From NCBI RefSeq assembly GCF_018977255.1, contig NW_024704753.1:124001-188000 (forward strand): a DNA stretch of 64,000 nt. Reading direction: 5' to 3'. Shown here in pieces: positions 39,401-53,323 of this stretch. The first letter of the stretch is position 1. Each line of letters opens with the position of its first letter. This DNA is from Callorhinchus milii (Eukaryota). The notes below the pieces were generated by a model. The model was not told the origin of the DNA. It saw nothing but the letters and a program-made list of their open reading frames with translations, and searched no databases. The position numbers and the translations under genes were made by a program.

Positions 39401-42400
39401 TGTCTTTGTGATTGACCAGAGTGGCTCCATGATGTTTACAAAAATGTTCCAGGTAAGGAAGCTGATTATGGGAAGGTTGGTTTAGTTCCTCAACGTCTCC
39501 TTGATCTCATTGTTTGTCCAAAAGAATGCTCATTTGGGTTGAAGATATTCCCATGAAATGCCAGGAGAAAACGGTCAGTTCTGTATAATCCAAATACAGT
39601 CGCTTGTTAACCAGCTGTTTGGCTCTTCAGTGCAGCCAACAGCCAACAGCTGGCGCCATCCCAGCTGGACAAGTATTGAGCCTCACAGTTTCTGTTAGTT
39701 TGACCAAAACTGCAGATAATAATAATAATAATAATAATAATCCTTGCATTTGATATAGCGCTTTTCACGTCAGGAGGACGTCCCAAAGCCTTACAGAACA
39801 CACTGTAAAGTGAATTGACTGTATATTTGTGGGCGAACGCGGCAGCCAATTGCGCACAGCAATGTCCCACAAACAGTCGTAGATTGAAAATGACCAATTT
39901 AATTATTGTTTTTGGTTTTGGAGGGATTATTATTAGGCTCTGTGTGGAGTAAGGAAACTTGCCCAAGGTTTCGCCCTGCCTGGAATTGAACTCAGGTCTC
40001 TCACTTGCAAAGCGAGTGCTCTAACCACTGAGCTACAGGACTCCACAAAGATAAGAGACAAAGCAAACTATTACCCTGTATCCTCCACCTGAGCAACTCC
40101 ACACCCACCACTGAAGCTGGTCTATATCTATTATTGGAGCCCTGTCTGCACCAGTGCAGCTCAGTGTGCAAGACTGCTGTTAACATTGCAACACTTTCTG
40201 CCACCATTACATCGCCAAGTTCCACCAATGCTGCTTCGCACTGATCATTAGAAGATGCCTGATATCAGCCTCTTCCTCCAGTTTGTTCCTCCTCACAACG
40301 ACTGTCAACCCTGTTGTAATGTGTCACTATGTTCTGTGTATTCGTAATGTGTGTCTGTGTGGATATGAAACTGCATTTTTTTATTTGGTCATGTATTGTT
40401 TTTCGGTGTTTTGTTTCTTACAGACTAAGGAGGCACTTCACAAAATTTTAGATGATTTAAATACGGAGGATAATTTTGCATTCATTTCATTTTCTTCGAG
40501 TTTTAGAAAATGGAAGAATTCCTTAATCAGAGCAACTACAGCGAACGTGGTTGAAGCTCATAAATATGTTAGTGAGCTTCACGCCGGTGGAGGTAAAGCA
40601 ACTCTTCATTACCGTTTTTAAACAAAAACAGAAACTTTATTATAGTATAATTTTAAAATTAAAAAACGAATGATGAGCTTTAGAAGTAAGACAAGGGCTT
40701 GAGAAAACAACAACTTGCATTTATAATGGGTCCTTCAAATGGGTAGCATCTCGGAGAGTTTAACAGCGGCAGCTCAGCCAACAGAAAAGAGCAAATTACC
40801 TGCTTTTTTATCGTATTTTAAATCATGTTGAATTCTCTCAAAATGTTTTACAATAATGACTGTCAAGTATTGTGATTATTTTTGTTGCTGGTTTTGCACC
40901 GGCAACATCTCACAAATAGTTGATTAATCTTGGGGATTGTTGGTTAATACACGTGGTGAAACTCGCTTCTCTCTTTCAATTGTGAACTGGGATTTGACAG
41001 TGTGTGGTGTGGGTGTTTGGTGTGGGTGGCAGTGTGTGGTGTGGACAGTGTCAGCGAACTCTCCCCACACCCCCTCCAGTTCCTGCTTATTCTTAAACTT
41101 AAATTGAAAGCTTGAAAAGTCAGCTAAGAGTTGATTTTTTTTGTCCGTAATGAGAGAATTTTTCTTTTGTTTCAGGAACGAACATAAATGACCCTCTGTT
41201 GGAAGCAGCAAAACTTCTGGATGACGCTCACAATCTGGGGCAGGTACCCGAGAGAAGCGTCTCCATGATCATTCTGCTGACTGATGGCGACCCCAATTCG
41301 GGTGAGCAAAGCTCAATGTCATTCTGCGGTACCGTATGTCCTTTCACTCTTGGAAAAACTCCATCCCTCCACTCACTGAGCACTCACCCTAATACATAGG
41401 AAATAACGTGCTCTGATCAACGGGAAATAGGCATTTTTATTAAATGAATAGTTCTAATTTTTTTATTATTTTATTGCAGGAGAATCCAATCCCACCAAGA
41501 TCCAATCCAATGTTAAATATGCCATCAATAACAAGTACAACTTGTACTGTCTGGGATTTGGTTACGATGTTAAATACAGTTTTCTCGAAAAAATGTCCAT
41601 AGAAAATAGCGGCATAGCTCGACGGATTTACGAGGATTCCGATGCAGCTTTGCAACTGCAGGTAATGTGAGGCGTCAGTGTCTGTATGTGAGGGTAATAT
41701 ATTCAATACTATAACTGCAAGTACGGTAATGCCGTGATATAATTTATTCATTTGCTTCTTTCAAACTTGTGTTCGAATGCGGACTAGGGAATTTAAATGC
41801 AAATGTTCTGTAATATGGCAAATGCAAAACCAAATGATTCATCTTTTTCGTCGCATTTGAATGTAAATTCAAATGTGTTGTCTCCAAATGCAAATGTACT
41901 GGAAGCCCATGTGGCATTTTATTATAATATTATTGATACGTTTGGTCAACTTCAACTGTTTCAGACATTTAGATCCAGTATAAATGTGGTAACTTTTGTC
42001 TCGAGCACATTTAATCCTAAAATGCATTTGGACCAAAGTCTGGTTCCTTTCAAGATATTGATATTAAATGTTGATGCTTACCAAATGAATGAATCTGTAT
42101 GAATAGCCCAATGATAATCTCCCGGTTTATTTTATAACATAAAATGCCATGTGCGCCCTGGCCAGTCATCCTATCCTGTGTACAATGCAATACGTTTATC
42201 TACAAACATCTATCTCCATCGAGGTTCCCTTCGAGAGGGTGTCCCCGATGTAGATTCGTACAGAAACGAGGGAAAAGAAGGCGATCGATCATCATGTTGG
42301 AAATAGGAAAGAAGAAGTTATCAAGTTGAAACAACTTGTGTATTTCTTCAAACAGTGACGAGTTAGTATTAAGAGTATTATACGCTGCTCCACTGCGGTG

Positions 42401-45046
42401 CGTTAGTACATTGCGACATGAAAGGCGCTAACGTCAATGTGGATTATATTGTACTGTAAGACGAGACTGATCATAGAATAGCAACATCACTCACAGAGAG
42501 AATTTAATCCACAACTGGAACTTTTACCATTTTTTGCAATTTCAGATTTGTGCCTTTTTTTTGTTGCTAAATATTTAAATTCCTTAACTCTGTTCATTCT
42601 AATCAATTTGTCAGTAATAGTAAGATAATGACTTTTTTCATCTCTTTTTTTAAACAGGGCTTTTATAATGAGGTGGCAAACCCACTGCTTTTGAACGTTG
42701 AATTACAATACTCGCAGAATGCTGTGTCAGATGTGACCCGGAGCACATTTAAACAGTATTACGATGGCTCGGAGATTGTGGTGGCTGGAAGGATTGCAGA
42801 CAATGATCTAGATATGTTCGTTGCTGATATTAGAGCACAGGACGTATGTTTACATTACTAAATTCGGTTACTAGTTGCTAGTTATCAAATACAACTCATG
42901 TTGACAGTATGTTATTACCTAAATTGTCAGGTTGAACATAAGGTTCAGTTGTGTTGTGTTCTGTACAATACAGTGGAAATATGGTCCAATAATTCAGTCT
43001 TAACAATTACTGCAAACTGAGTGAAATGGGGTGGGCTGTGCCAGTAAAGGTGTCGCTTGTGCAGAGATGTCTACAGTTGCTGTACAGAGAGCCACACTCA
43101 CTGCTTGATTCCCTAACAGGCCAACAGTAACATCACGATGACTTATGAGGTCAGTATGTCGGAGGTTGATAATATTACGCAGCAGCAACAATATATTTTT
43201 GGAGACTTCACCGAACGCATGTGGGCTTATCTGACCATCCAACAACTGTTACAGCAACGGTAAACTCATGGCTCTTGGCTTTGAAATCTAAAGTAGATTA
43301 TCTTAATAATAGTGGCAATAACATTTATCTTTTTGTTGTTAACCGTACCGTGTATCAGCTGCTATTCTCACAGTCACAGCACGACCCCCCCCCACCACCA
43401 CACAGCACACAATCATTCTATCCCGCACAGTAGTTGTGGATCTCAGGCCAATGCTCATCCTTATGTAACTGAGAGCCGTTGACTGTTCTCACCTGTACTG
43501 ACTGCTCAGAATCTCTGTTTGCATTTCTTTCACCACAGATGTTAGTCTGAACTTGTGTACAATCTAAACAGTTGCAAATAATCACATTAAATCTGCGGTG
43601 CTTGTTTGGTGTAACACTAATTCAGCTGATTTGCCACATTTAGGATTTCAGTTGGTTCTGAGGAGAAGAAACTTCTGACAGACAGAGCGCGAGAACTTGC
43701 CTTGAAGTATAATTTTGTAACTCCACTGACGTCAATGATTGTGACAAAACCAGAGGAACAGATGGATCAGGGAGAGTTTTTGGCAGAGAAACCAGTAGAA
43801 GGAGGTATAATAATAATAATAATGTCTCAATAATAATAATAATCCTTGCATTTGATATAGCATTTAAAATGAAAAAAAATCTTTCAAAGTGTAAACCGGA
43901 TAATTTTATGATAATGTGTGAGCAGAGGCACGAGTCTGTTAGATGTTTAAAGAGACTTGTTGGGATATTTTTCAGACCGCCCCCATCAAGCACAAAAGTA
44001 TCACTCTCCAAGTCATTCAAGGATATCAGGTAACTTCATTTTATTCATTTTTATTATGTTGAGTGATGTTGTGGAGAGATAACTCTTCATTCCGGTAGAT
44101 CCCACCCTCAACACCGATATCAATTAGTCTAAGGAGAAAATATATACTTTAGCAGATGTTTTCCTCCAGATCCGTGGTCTTTTGTTAGTGTATCTCATAA
44201 CAATGTTTACCAGTAATTCTACATAAAACGTAACCACTCATTTTTAAAAAAATGTAATGTGTTCAATTATTTTTCCATGTTCTCCGTGCTGGCATTTATA
44301 TAGCGCTCTGGGATGCTACCTTGCGTGAGGGGCACTGTACAAATGCAGGTGGTTGTTGTTGTTGTTGTCTATCCTTTGCTCCACCTGGTCTGGCCTTCTT
44401 TTGTTGGCCACTGTGGCCTCCGGTTCTCTGCCCAAGTGGCCATTGTTCATGTCTGAGCCTCAGCAGTGAGTGTGGGCAGTCACTGGACTGTAGAGGGTGT
44501 CACACATTTGCATACAAAGTAGAGGATTCTGTAGAGGGACCAGGAACAGGAATTCTGGCTTATTTGACCCTTCCCAACCCTGGGACCAACCAAGCCTTGA
44601 GACCAGCAAATGTAGCACGAATCAGGATTTGAACCAGTGAACTGTTAGTGTGGACATTACAGGTCTATCCACAATGCCATCAGAATTACCCCAAGTTAGA
44701 ATATTGGTGTGTGACTTTAGCAGTTAGATTAAAGGATTATATAATTTGTCATCAATAATAGGTTTATACCTATTCAAATGCAAGGACTATATTATTATTA
44801 CCTGACTTGGGCCAATAGAAAAGTATGGCCGCACTTTCCCCGCCGAATCCGCCAATCACCATCCTCTGCTTCAAGCCCGCTATAAATAGTTTGTGGCCCG
44901 CCGGCCGCCCGGCTGTTTACCCAACGTCATTATGGGTAGGGCAGCTCAGGACATGCATTCGTGGGGCGGCGCAAGCGGCAAATGGCTTCACTCACAAGCT
45001 CCGCTGTTGTGATTGTCTGTGTGTGTGTGTGTTTGTGAGTGTGTAT

Positions 45047-45080
<34 letters not shown>

Positions 45081-48000
45081 ACATGTGTGTGTCTGTGTGT
45101 GTGAGTGTGTGTCTCTGTGGGTGTGTGAGAGTGTCTGTCTGTGTGCGTGTGATGACACCCAACTCTATCTTTCTGCCTCCATCCTCAACTCCAGGACCAC
45201 TGCTGTCCTGACAGACAGTCTGTCTGCCCCCACCATCAGCCCCAGACCCACTGCTGTCCTGACAGACTGTCTGTCGGACATCAAGTCCTGGATGAGGGCA
45301 AATTTCCTACAGTTGAATGTGAACAAATGTGAGGCCTTCCTGATTGGCTCACGCCAGCGCCTCAGCACCTCAGGCTCTGGCAGCATCAACCTCCATGGTT
45401 GCAAACTACAACTCACCAGCCAGTCAGGAACCTCGGTGTCTTGTTCGACCCTGAACTGTCTTTTATTTCCCGCATGCAAGCCATGACCCGCTCTGCCTTC
45501 CCTCACCTCCGTAACATCGCCCGACTCCGCCACTACCTCACCCCTCAGGCCACTGAAACTCTTGTTCATGCCTTCATCACCTCCAGGCTTGACTATGCAA
45601 ACGCCCTGCTCGTCGGCCTTCCCAACTCCTCCCTCCACACCCTGCAGGTAATCCAGAACTTTGCAGCCCGTGTCCTCTCCCGCACCAAACTCCGTGACCC
45701 CATCTCCCCCACTCTCGCCCAACTCATTGGCTCCCTAACCTTCAGAGGATCCAGGTCAAAATCCTGGTCCTCACCTACAAAGCCCTCCATGACCTCGTCC
45801 CACCCTACCTCTGCACCTCCTAACCCCCTACCAACCCGCCCGCTCCTTCCGCTCAGCCGGCTCTGGCTGCTCCACGTCCCCCGACCCACCCGACCCACCA
45901 TTGGGGGAAGAGCCTTCAGCCATTCTGCCCCCAACCTCTGGAACTCCATTCCCCAATCACTCTGCCTCGTACCCTCCTTAGCCTCCTTCAAGTCCCGCCT
46001 CAAAACTCTCCTCTTTGACCATGCCATTGGTCACCCCCCTTCCCCTCCCCTCCCTTCTTCCCCCTGACCCCAGCTCGGGTCTGAAATGCTGTACTCTGTC
46101 CAGCGCCTTGGGACGTCCTCCCAACGTGAAAGGCGCTATACAAATGTAATCTTTTTGTGGTTGTGTGAGTATGTGTGAGTGAGTGTCTGTCTGTGTGTGT
46201 GAGTGTCTGTGTGTGTGAGTGTCTCTGTGTGTGACTCTGAGTGTGTGTGTCTGTCTGTGTGTGAGTGTCTGTGTGTATGAGTGTCTGTGTGTGTGTCTGT
46301 GTGTCTCTGTGTGTGTGAGTGTCTCTGTGTGTGTCAGTGTGTGTCAGTGTCTGTGTGTCTCTCTGTGTGAGTGTCTTTGTGTGTTTCTGTGTGTGTGTCT
46401 GAGAATGTCTTTGTGTCTCTCTGTGTGAGAATGTCTTTGTGTGTCTGTGTGTGTGGGTGTGTCTGTGTGTGTGTGAGAGTGTCTATGAGTGTGTGTGCGT
46501 GTGATGACATTGTATCATTTGTCTTCAGCAGGTTCATACCATTCGACCAGCGGTAAGTCATCTTTTTGGTCCACACTGGAGTTTCTCCAGCTTTATAGGA
46601 GAAGCACAGNNNNNNNNNNNNNNNNNNNNNNNNNNNNNNNNNNNNNNNNNNNNNNNNNNNNNNNNNNNNNNNNNNNNNNNNNNNNNNNNNNNNNNNNNNN
46701 NNNNNNNNNNNNNNNNNNNNNNNNNNNNNNNNNNNNNNNNNNNNNNNNNNNNNNNNNNNNNNNNNNNNNNNNNNNNNNNNNNNNNNNNNNNNNNNNNNNN
46801 NNNNNNNNNNNNNNNNNNNNNNNNNNNNNNNNNNNNNNNNNNNNNNNNNNNNNNNNNNNNNNNNNNNNNNGAGTGTCTGTCTGTGTGAGTGTCTGAGTGT
46901 GTGTGAGAGAGTGTCTTTGTGAGTGTATGTGTGTGAGTGTCTTTGTGAGTGTGTCTGTGTGTGTGAGTATCTGTGTGAGAGTGTCTCTCTGTGTGTAAGC
47001 GAGTCTGTGTGTGTGTGTGTGAGTGTCTGTGTGGGTGGGTGAGAGTGTCTGTCTGTGAGTGTGTCTGTGTGAGTGTGTCTGTGAGTGTGTGTGNNNNNNN
47101 NNNNNNNNNNNNNNNNNNNNNNNNNNNNNNNNNNNNNNNNNNNNNNNNNNNNNNNNNNNNNNNNNNNNNNNNNNNNNNNNNNNNNNNNNNNNNNNNNNNN
47201 NNNNNNNNNNNNNNNNNNNNNNNNNNNNNNNNNNNNNNNNNNNNNNNNNNNNNNNNNNNNNNNNNNNNNNNNNNNNNNNNNNNNNNNNNNNNNNNNNNNN
47301 NNNNNNNNNNNNGAGTGTCTATGAGTGTGTGAGAGTGTCATTGTATCATTTGTCTTCAGCAGGTTCATACCATTCGACCAGCGGTAAGTCATCTTTTTGG
47401 TCCACACTGGGGTTTCTCCATCTTGCTCTTGTTGGATATAGGAGAAGCACAGTAACATGGGCAGGATGTAATGGGAGCGAGGGGAGCTGGGATGATGTTG
47501 CGTGGCTGAAAGCTTGCCTACTGATAATTTGGTGGTTTGTGTGGGGGAAATGAAGCAGCCGGGTGTTAGTTGGGGGGAGGTTAGCTTAGCTGCTGTGACT
47601 GTAGAGTTTTAGAACTTCACAGACTCAGGTGCAGGAGAGGACATGGGCTGCAGAGTTCTGGATGGTCTACAGCTGAGTAGGGAGGAGCCTGGCATAGTAG
47701 GGTTGGATGTGATGAAGATGTGAATGAGGTTCTCAGCAGCTTGGTAGAGAAGAGTAGCAGAGGTGAACAATGTTACTGATTTGCAATGGTGAGCAATGTT
47801 ACTGATTTGCAAAAAACAGAGTAATTTAACTTACAGTAATCATTTATTTAATTAAAGTTAAATTAAGTTATATTATTTATATTGTTGATGTCTTTTTCAA
47901 GTTGACAGCGATCCTCATTTTCTCATTGCAATGAGGCCACCAAATGATGCTGTCTGTTTCAACATCGATGAGAAGCCTGGTGTAATTCTCAACTTGGTCA

Positions 48001-51000
48001 CTGACCCGGTCACAGGTGGGAATCTTAGTCTTTCAGATGCTTAATGAGATCATGGCCCACCCCCACACAGTATTTCAAAGGATTAACTTGGATTTGTAGA
48101 CAGGTGATTTATATCATAGCATCCCACAAAGGTTTCTGTTTGGGCAAGTCAAACAGGAAACAGTAAAAAACACTAGTTACATCCCTGCAACTCCAGTTTT
48201 CTCTCTTTAATACCAATATTGGTTCCAATTGAAATATGAGCAAAACCACACTGCTTGGACAGGAAAGATTCATCTTCAGCTCAGATTGTACATAATAAAA
48301 ATAAAATAATAATAAAAGGGTCAAATTTAGCACTGGAACAGATGTCGCAGAGCAAGTATACTGAGGGTGAATAGGAGACCATTGCAAAATTCAAAAGGAT
48401 AATAAATATGGAAATGCTGAAGAAATAAAGATAATTGACTATGTTTAGTGATTCAGAAAGAAGTGTTGTTCTTTTGAAATGGATTTTATCCAGTTAAAAC
48501 AATTTAAATTATACAAAGCTAGAAATAAACACAGATAACTAACATTATGTTAATTTGAGGACCATTGAATGCCATCTTGAGTGATGTCTTTATTTAACCA
48601 AGTTCTAGATCCTCGACTTAACTTTTAAATCCATTCCATTGTCTTGCCACACCCTACCCATCAAAACCCCGTCGCTCCCTGTGTTTAGTGGGCACTCACC
48701 TGCTTCACGTGGCCTGACCCACCATCTGAGTTTGGGCTTTCAGCATATCTGCCCCCATTCTCTGAGGAACGCCATCTTGGAATCTCTTCAACTTCCTTCA
48801 AAGCCCGCCTCAAGACCTTCTTCGACCACACTTTTGGCCATCTTTCCTCCTCTCACCCCTACCCCTAGACCCTCACCGCCAGTTCGGATACAAACCTTAA
48901 ACTGCCCAGCATCTTGGGACATCCTCCCGACGTGACAGGCGCTCAATAAATGTCATTTTGTTGTTGATGTTGTTGTACACCTTCCCCGGTAGTGACTGCT
49001 CTCCAAAGCTATTACAGAATGTCCTGGAAGTATATCCTCATGAGTAATCAGACCTTCAGTTAGGTATTATACATCAATCATGTCTTTAATTCAGAATAAA
49101 TAACCTTTGGTTTTGTGATCAAGATTATACTGAAACTTGCTGCCCAAGGCATAAACCATTGCGACCGTTCACAAAGAGCTCCCAGATAGTCTGACTATTG
49201 ATCAACCTTCTGCATGTTTCAGATTTGTGACAAAATTAAAAATCAAAAACATGCCTTCGGTCACCCTCCTACTCCCATCTTCCCTTCCCTCCACTCCTGA
49301 TCCCAACTCCCAGCTCGGGTGCAAATCCTTGACTGTCCAGTGTCTTGGAATGTTTTCCCAACATGAATGGCTCTATACAAATGTAATTTCTTGTTGTTGA
49401 ATTAGACATTTTTTTGAAAGTCATGATATCCCTTATATTTTAGTTGCACAAAGTTGACTCATCCAATAAAACTTAATATTCAGAAGGTGTGTTTAAAGAT
49501 GTTATCCTAATATTACCCACAACTCTTATTATCAAAAAGGAGGGAGTATTTTCTAGAATAGTCCAGTACTTTAGAATGATCTATTGCTTGATAATATATG
49601 CTTTAAAACTTCAATATAGGTTTTGTGGTGAATGGAGAACTGATTGGGGACAAGAAGACAGAAAATAATAAGAAAGTAAACACATACTTTGGAAAGTTTG
49701 GGCTTGTGTACAACAAAATGGAACTAAGGATGGAGATCACAACACAGGAAATCAAACTGTTCCATGGTGCGGACATCACAAGATTCCCCTGGTCAGCAAC
49801 AGCGACCTCAACACACGCTGGGTAATGTTTACAGTCACACCTTCTCATTACAGCACTCCGGTCAACGCTAATTACACTAAACCCCAGCTATAGCTGGACA
49901 AATGGGGTGGGGGGGAGATCTGGTCCAGTTAGCTGCAATAATAATAATCCTTGCATTTGATACAACGCCTTACCACATCTTCGAGACGTCTCAAAGTGCT
50001 TCACAGAATATAATAATAATAATGTTTGCATTTGTTATAGTGCTTTTCATGTCTTCTAGACGTCTCAAAGCGCTTCACAGAATATACTGTAAAGTTAATT
50101 GACTGTATATTTGTGGGTGAAACTGGAATCTCTGGCCAAGTGTAACTACAATCAATGCCTTTAATTGGTTTTATCAGTGCTGGAAAATGCCAGTGAATCC
50201 TGTCACCAGCATTGTTATTGTTGGAATCCTGTGAGCAGATAGATGATAGCTTATTCGCAAAATTCAAGAATTACAATAGTGAATAAACTATCTTTTGCTC
50301 CCGGGATTCAAACTGTGTCGAAGTGGGTATCCCTGGCCATTGAAGGCCAGCGAGTAGGGTGAGGTGATAGGATAGTGAGTCTATACATGAGCTTGTGAAC
50401 CCCATCTCAGGGTTGGTACCCGCATCCAGTAACCATGGATTTACTCTATTCCTAATTACAATTAGCTTCAATTGACATAAATATACCTGGGGTCTTTGCA
50501 TGTCAAACCTGATGTGTACAGTTCCTGCTCAATGTAGCCGTTTAGTATAAAAATATTCTTGGAATTATTCTGAATTCACTCTGTCTAGAGAAGTCATCAG
50601 TAAGTATTTATTTAGTGTAGTTTGCCGATTATCTTCCTGAGTATCGTAATGTTTGCTGGGTAACTTCCAGCAGAGTGTCTCTGAATAGTCATCAGGAAAA
50701 GGTACCCTGGGTGATTATGTCTTCACTCACAACAAACTCCCCTTGTCCAGCTTCCCAATCTTTGACAGACTCCACTGGTTCCACTTTGAATAAATTGACT
50801 TCAGATTTCTCATGCCTTCACACCCTAGAATCTCCCACTTCTCTTCCCATCCCTTCACTCAGCTAACAGGCTTGTGGTGTCCCCCCCCCCCCCCCCCCCA
50901 CACACACACCTATCCATTGTGGCTGGGCCTTCAGTATATAGTATATGCCCACTTACATCAATCGCTCTACTTCATCCCCTTTATCTTTACATCCAACCTG

Positions 51001-52156
51001 AAACTCTACCTCTTACCCTTCTCCCTTGTTTGGGTCCAATCCCACCACAATACAGCAATTTGAGGTACCACGCTACTTGAAGAATGCCATATAAGTTGTA
51101 ATTAATATTTTGAATCTATAATAAATCATCTCCAATATTGTTTCCAGCTTCGCAATCACCATCAATAAGGAAAGAAATCTGATAGTCACAATGGGAGTTG
51201 ATGTAACATTTGTTATTCTGCTCCATCGGGTCTGGAAGAATCACCCACTACACCAAGACTTCCTGGGCTTTTATACCTTGGACAACCACAGGTTTTCAAG
51301 TCAGACCCTTGGATTACTTGGTATGAACAATATTCACTTCATTATCCTCTGCTGCTTTGCAAAATCCAACTTTGCAGGTTTTGTTATCAAATTTGCTGAT
51401 GGCTACATGGTATGAACACTACAGATATTGTGGGTTCCTTAGCTTAGATACACTCACAGTAACTGAACTTCAAGGTACATATATTCTCTGGGAGTCCCTC
51501 ACACACTGCACCCTCTTCCTCACTCAATGATTCCATGCTACAGTACAATGAAATTGTCAAACAATATTGTTGCTTTGAGCAGAATGTTCTCCCATTGACT
51601 ACTTTTTAACTCAATTATACATAAAGTATTAGGAAAATATTCAGAATTGACAGTGTCACAATAGTCATTAGACCTTTATTTATATAATAAATTGCACTTT
51701 GCAGTTCCCTGTATATTTAGTTTTCTCATTCTGATGCACTATTCAATCAAACTCAAGCAAGCTCTCCTCACTCCTCATTCAGGTCAATTTTACCACCCAA
51801 TCGATGCTGAGGTGTTCAACATTCGCCCCGGATTTGATCAAGGCAAAGTGGATGCAACAATGTTTGTAAAAGGTCACAAGCTCACAGTAACCAGGTAGAA
51901 TGTTTTAATGTTTGATGTGATTTCATTCTTTGTGGTTTCTTGTGTTTTTCCTTTTTAAGCCATTAACTTTTACACATATTTTATTGATGACTTTAATTTT
52001 AGGGGGAACCAGAAAGATTACAGACTGGACCCAAAACACGGAACCGATGTCCCATGCTGGTTTGTTCACAATAGCGGAAAAGGATTTATTGATGGAAACC
52101 ATACCGACTATATTGTTTCCACTCTGTTTGACCCAATTAACATCAAACCAGTCTAA
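33434..52156 (+). CDS. ITIH3: Inter-alpha-trypsin inhibitor heavy chain, H3-like, complete (~902 aa, 21 exons): 33434-33523, 34893-34922, 35349-35515, 36537-36641, 37236-37398, 38425-38535, 39052-39180, 39336-39452, 40424-40592, 41176-41301, 41480-41661, 42658-42843, 43120-43259, 43644-43804, 43976-44029, micro-exon 47360-47383 (or 46529-46552), 47902-48015, 49620-49821, 51148-51320, 51783-51894, 52003-52156
   Basis: Signal peptide plus KKRS, VIT domain ([19 protein letters not shown]), vWA MIDAS motifs ([22 protein letters not shown]), [46 protein letters not shown] cleavage site and the C-terminal propeptide ([18 protein letters not shown]). Exon lengths sum to 2709 nt with no frameshift. 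The choice of ITIH3 over ITIH1/ITIH4 is by recalled similarity, and the two linker exons are less certain. Confidence 0.88.
45013..45150. repeat. Imperfect (TG)n microsatellite
   Basis: gtgtgt/gtgagt/gtctgt run. Confidence 0.9.
45150..46165 (+). mobile_element. L2-clade LINE 3' end (RT C-terminus and 3' UTR)
   Basis: [83 protein letters not shown]. Tail gcgccttgggacgtcctcccaacgtgaaaggcgctatacaaatg. Confidence 0.92.
46165..47340. repeat. Long imperfect (TG)/(GTCT)/(GTGA) microsatellite containing two assembly gaps (N 46610-46870 and 47094-47312)
   Basis: Low-complexity sequence and N runs are directly visible. Confidence 0.95.
48600..48975 (+). mobile_element. Decayed L2 3' fragment
   Basis: ggctttcagcatatctgcccc...ccttcaaagcccgcctcaagaccttc...gggacatcctcccgacgtgacaggcgctcaataaatg followed by (ttg)n. 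Confidence 0.65.
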
Positions 52157-52287
52157 CTTGGAAGATGACTAAAAGTCACTTTAGTGACCCCCTATTATGA
52201 ACAGGAATTAATTTCAGTATTAATAGTAAATTAAACACTCAAAATAGTCTTGGCCCCTTTGATTGTGTATTGGAACGAGACAATGAA

Positions 52288-52297
52288 AATAAATAAA
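52288..52297 (+). terminator. ITIH polyadenylation signal (overlapping AATAAA)
   Basis: aataaataaa ~130 bp after the stop codon, followed by a GT/T-rich stretch. Confidence 0.65.
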
Positions 52298-52526
52298 GGT
52301 AATGCATATCTCTGTCTCGTTGGTTACTGTTTATAATGAATGTCTTAAAGTGCATCACAGTGGGTTTGAGGGGTAAACACAGCAGCCAATTTGGACTTAG
52401 TAAAGTCCCATTAGAGCAATAATTAATTTAACTGGAATATATTAATGCATTTGATATTGTACCAATAATTTCAAGTGCTTCACAGTTTCTATGAATTGCA
52501 GTGACTATGTTTATATGCAAAAGCAC

Positions 52527-52912
52527 AATAATAATAATAATAATCCTTACATTTCATATAGCACTTTTCCCATCAGGAGGATGTCACATTGATTCACAGT
52601 ATTTACAGTATTTGTAAGTGAACTATGTACCCAATTTGTGACAGCAATGTCCCACAAACAGTGAATGGTTGATTTTATTTAAGGGGATTGTCCGACAAGG
52701 CCCAACTCCCAAGAGAAATGGCCTTCTCCTTTTGGATAGATCATAGGATCTTTAAGGTTCGCAGTGAACAGAGCACAGACTGGAGATGAGGTTTAACATT
52801 TCACCCAAAGGACATTTCGAGCGATGTCCGATACTGAGGCTTCAGCCCAGACTGTGGGGCTCGAACCCACAATCTCCTGCCCCGGGGACTATAGTCTAAC
52901 CGCTGAGTCAGG
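52527..52912 (-). mobile_element. Degenerate Deu-domain SINE between ITIH3 and NEK4
   Basis: (AAT)n tail at the left, gaggtttaacatttcacccaaaggaca core remnant, and tRNA-like head ggggctcgaacccacaatctcctg...aaccgctgagtcagg, parallel to 12200-12631. Confidence 0.6.
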
Positions 52913-53000
52913 TGCAATGTTCATGAGGCATAAATATAACTCGATTTGGTTTAAATTCTCTTAAATATGGTGTTGCGTTTTCGCATGTATCAGCCACCAC

Positions 53001-53323
53001 ATGGCGGCGCTGTGCGTGTGTGTCGGGGCTGCAGTCCCGCTCCCGGGCGGTGGTGGCGCTGTGTGTGTGTGTGTGTGTGTGTGTCGGGGCCGCAGTCCCG
53101 CTCCCGGGCGGTGGTGGCGCTGTGTGTGTGTGTGTCGGGGCCGCAGTCCCGCTCCCGGGCGGTGGTGGCGCTGTGTGTGTGTGTGTCGGGGCCGCAGTCC
53201 CGCTCCCGGGCGGTGGTGGCGCTGTGTGTGTGTGTCGGGGCCGCAGTCCCGCTCCCGGGCGGTGGTGGCGCTGTGTGTGTGTGTGTGTGTCGGGGCCGCA
53301 GTCCCGCTCCCGGGCGGTGGTGG
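53001..53323. repeat. GC-rich minisatellite, 6 units of GGCGGTGGTGGCGC(TG)nTCGGGGCCGCAGTCCCGCTCCCG, in the NEK4 promoter/5' region
   Basis: Six copies of gcagtcccgctcccg separated by TG tracts of variable length. Confidence 0.95.

Larger units (their letters stand above)
25942..41617 (+). repeat. Segmental duplication copy C (SURF6 promoter to ITIH exon 11), continuing into unique sequence
   Basis: Colinear with copy A. It continues normally (ggcatagctcgacgg...) beyond the point where copy A breaks. Confidence 0.97.

Noticed and set aside
1-41617. An ITIH1-ITIH3-ITIH4-style paralog cluster or a SURF6 gene family
   Set aside because: The copies are near-identical including introns and transposons, and are truncated mid-exon. 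They are not diverged paralogs.
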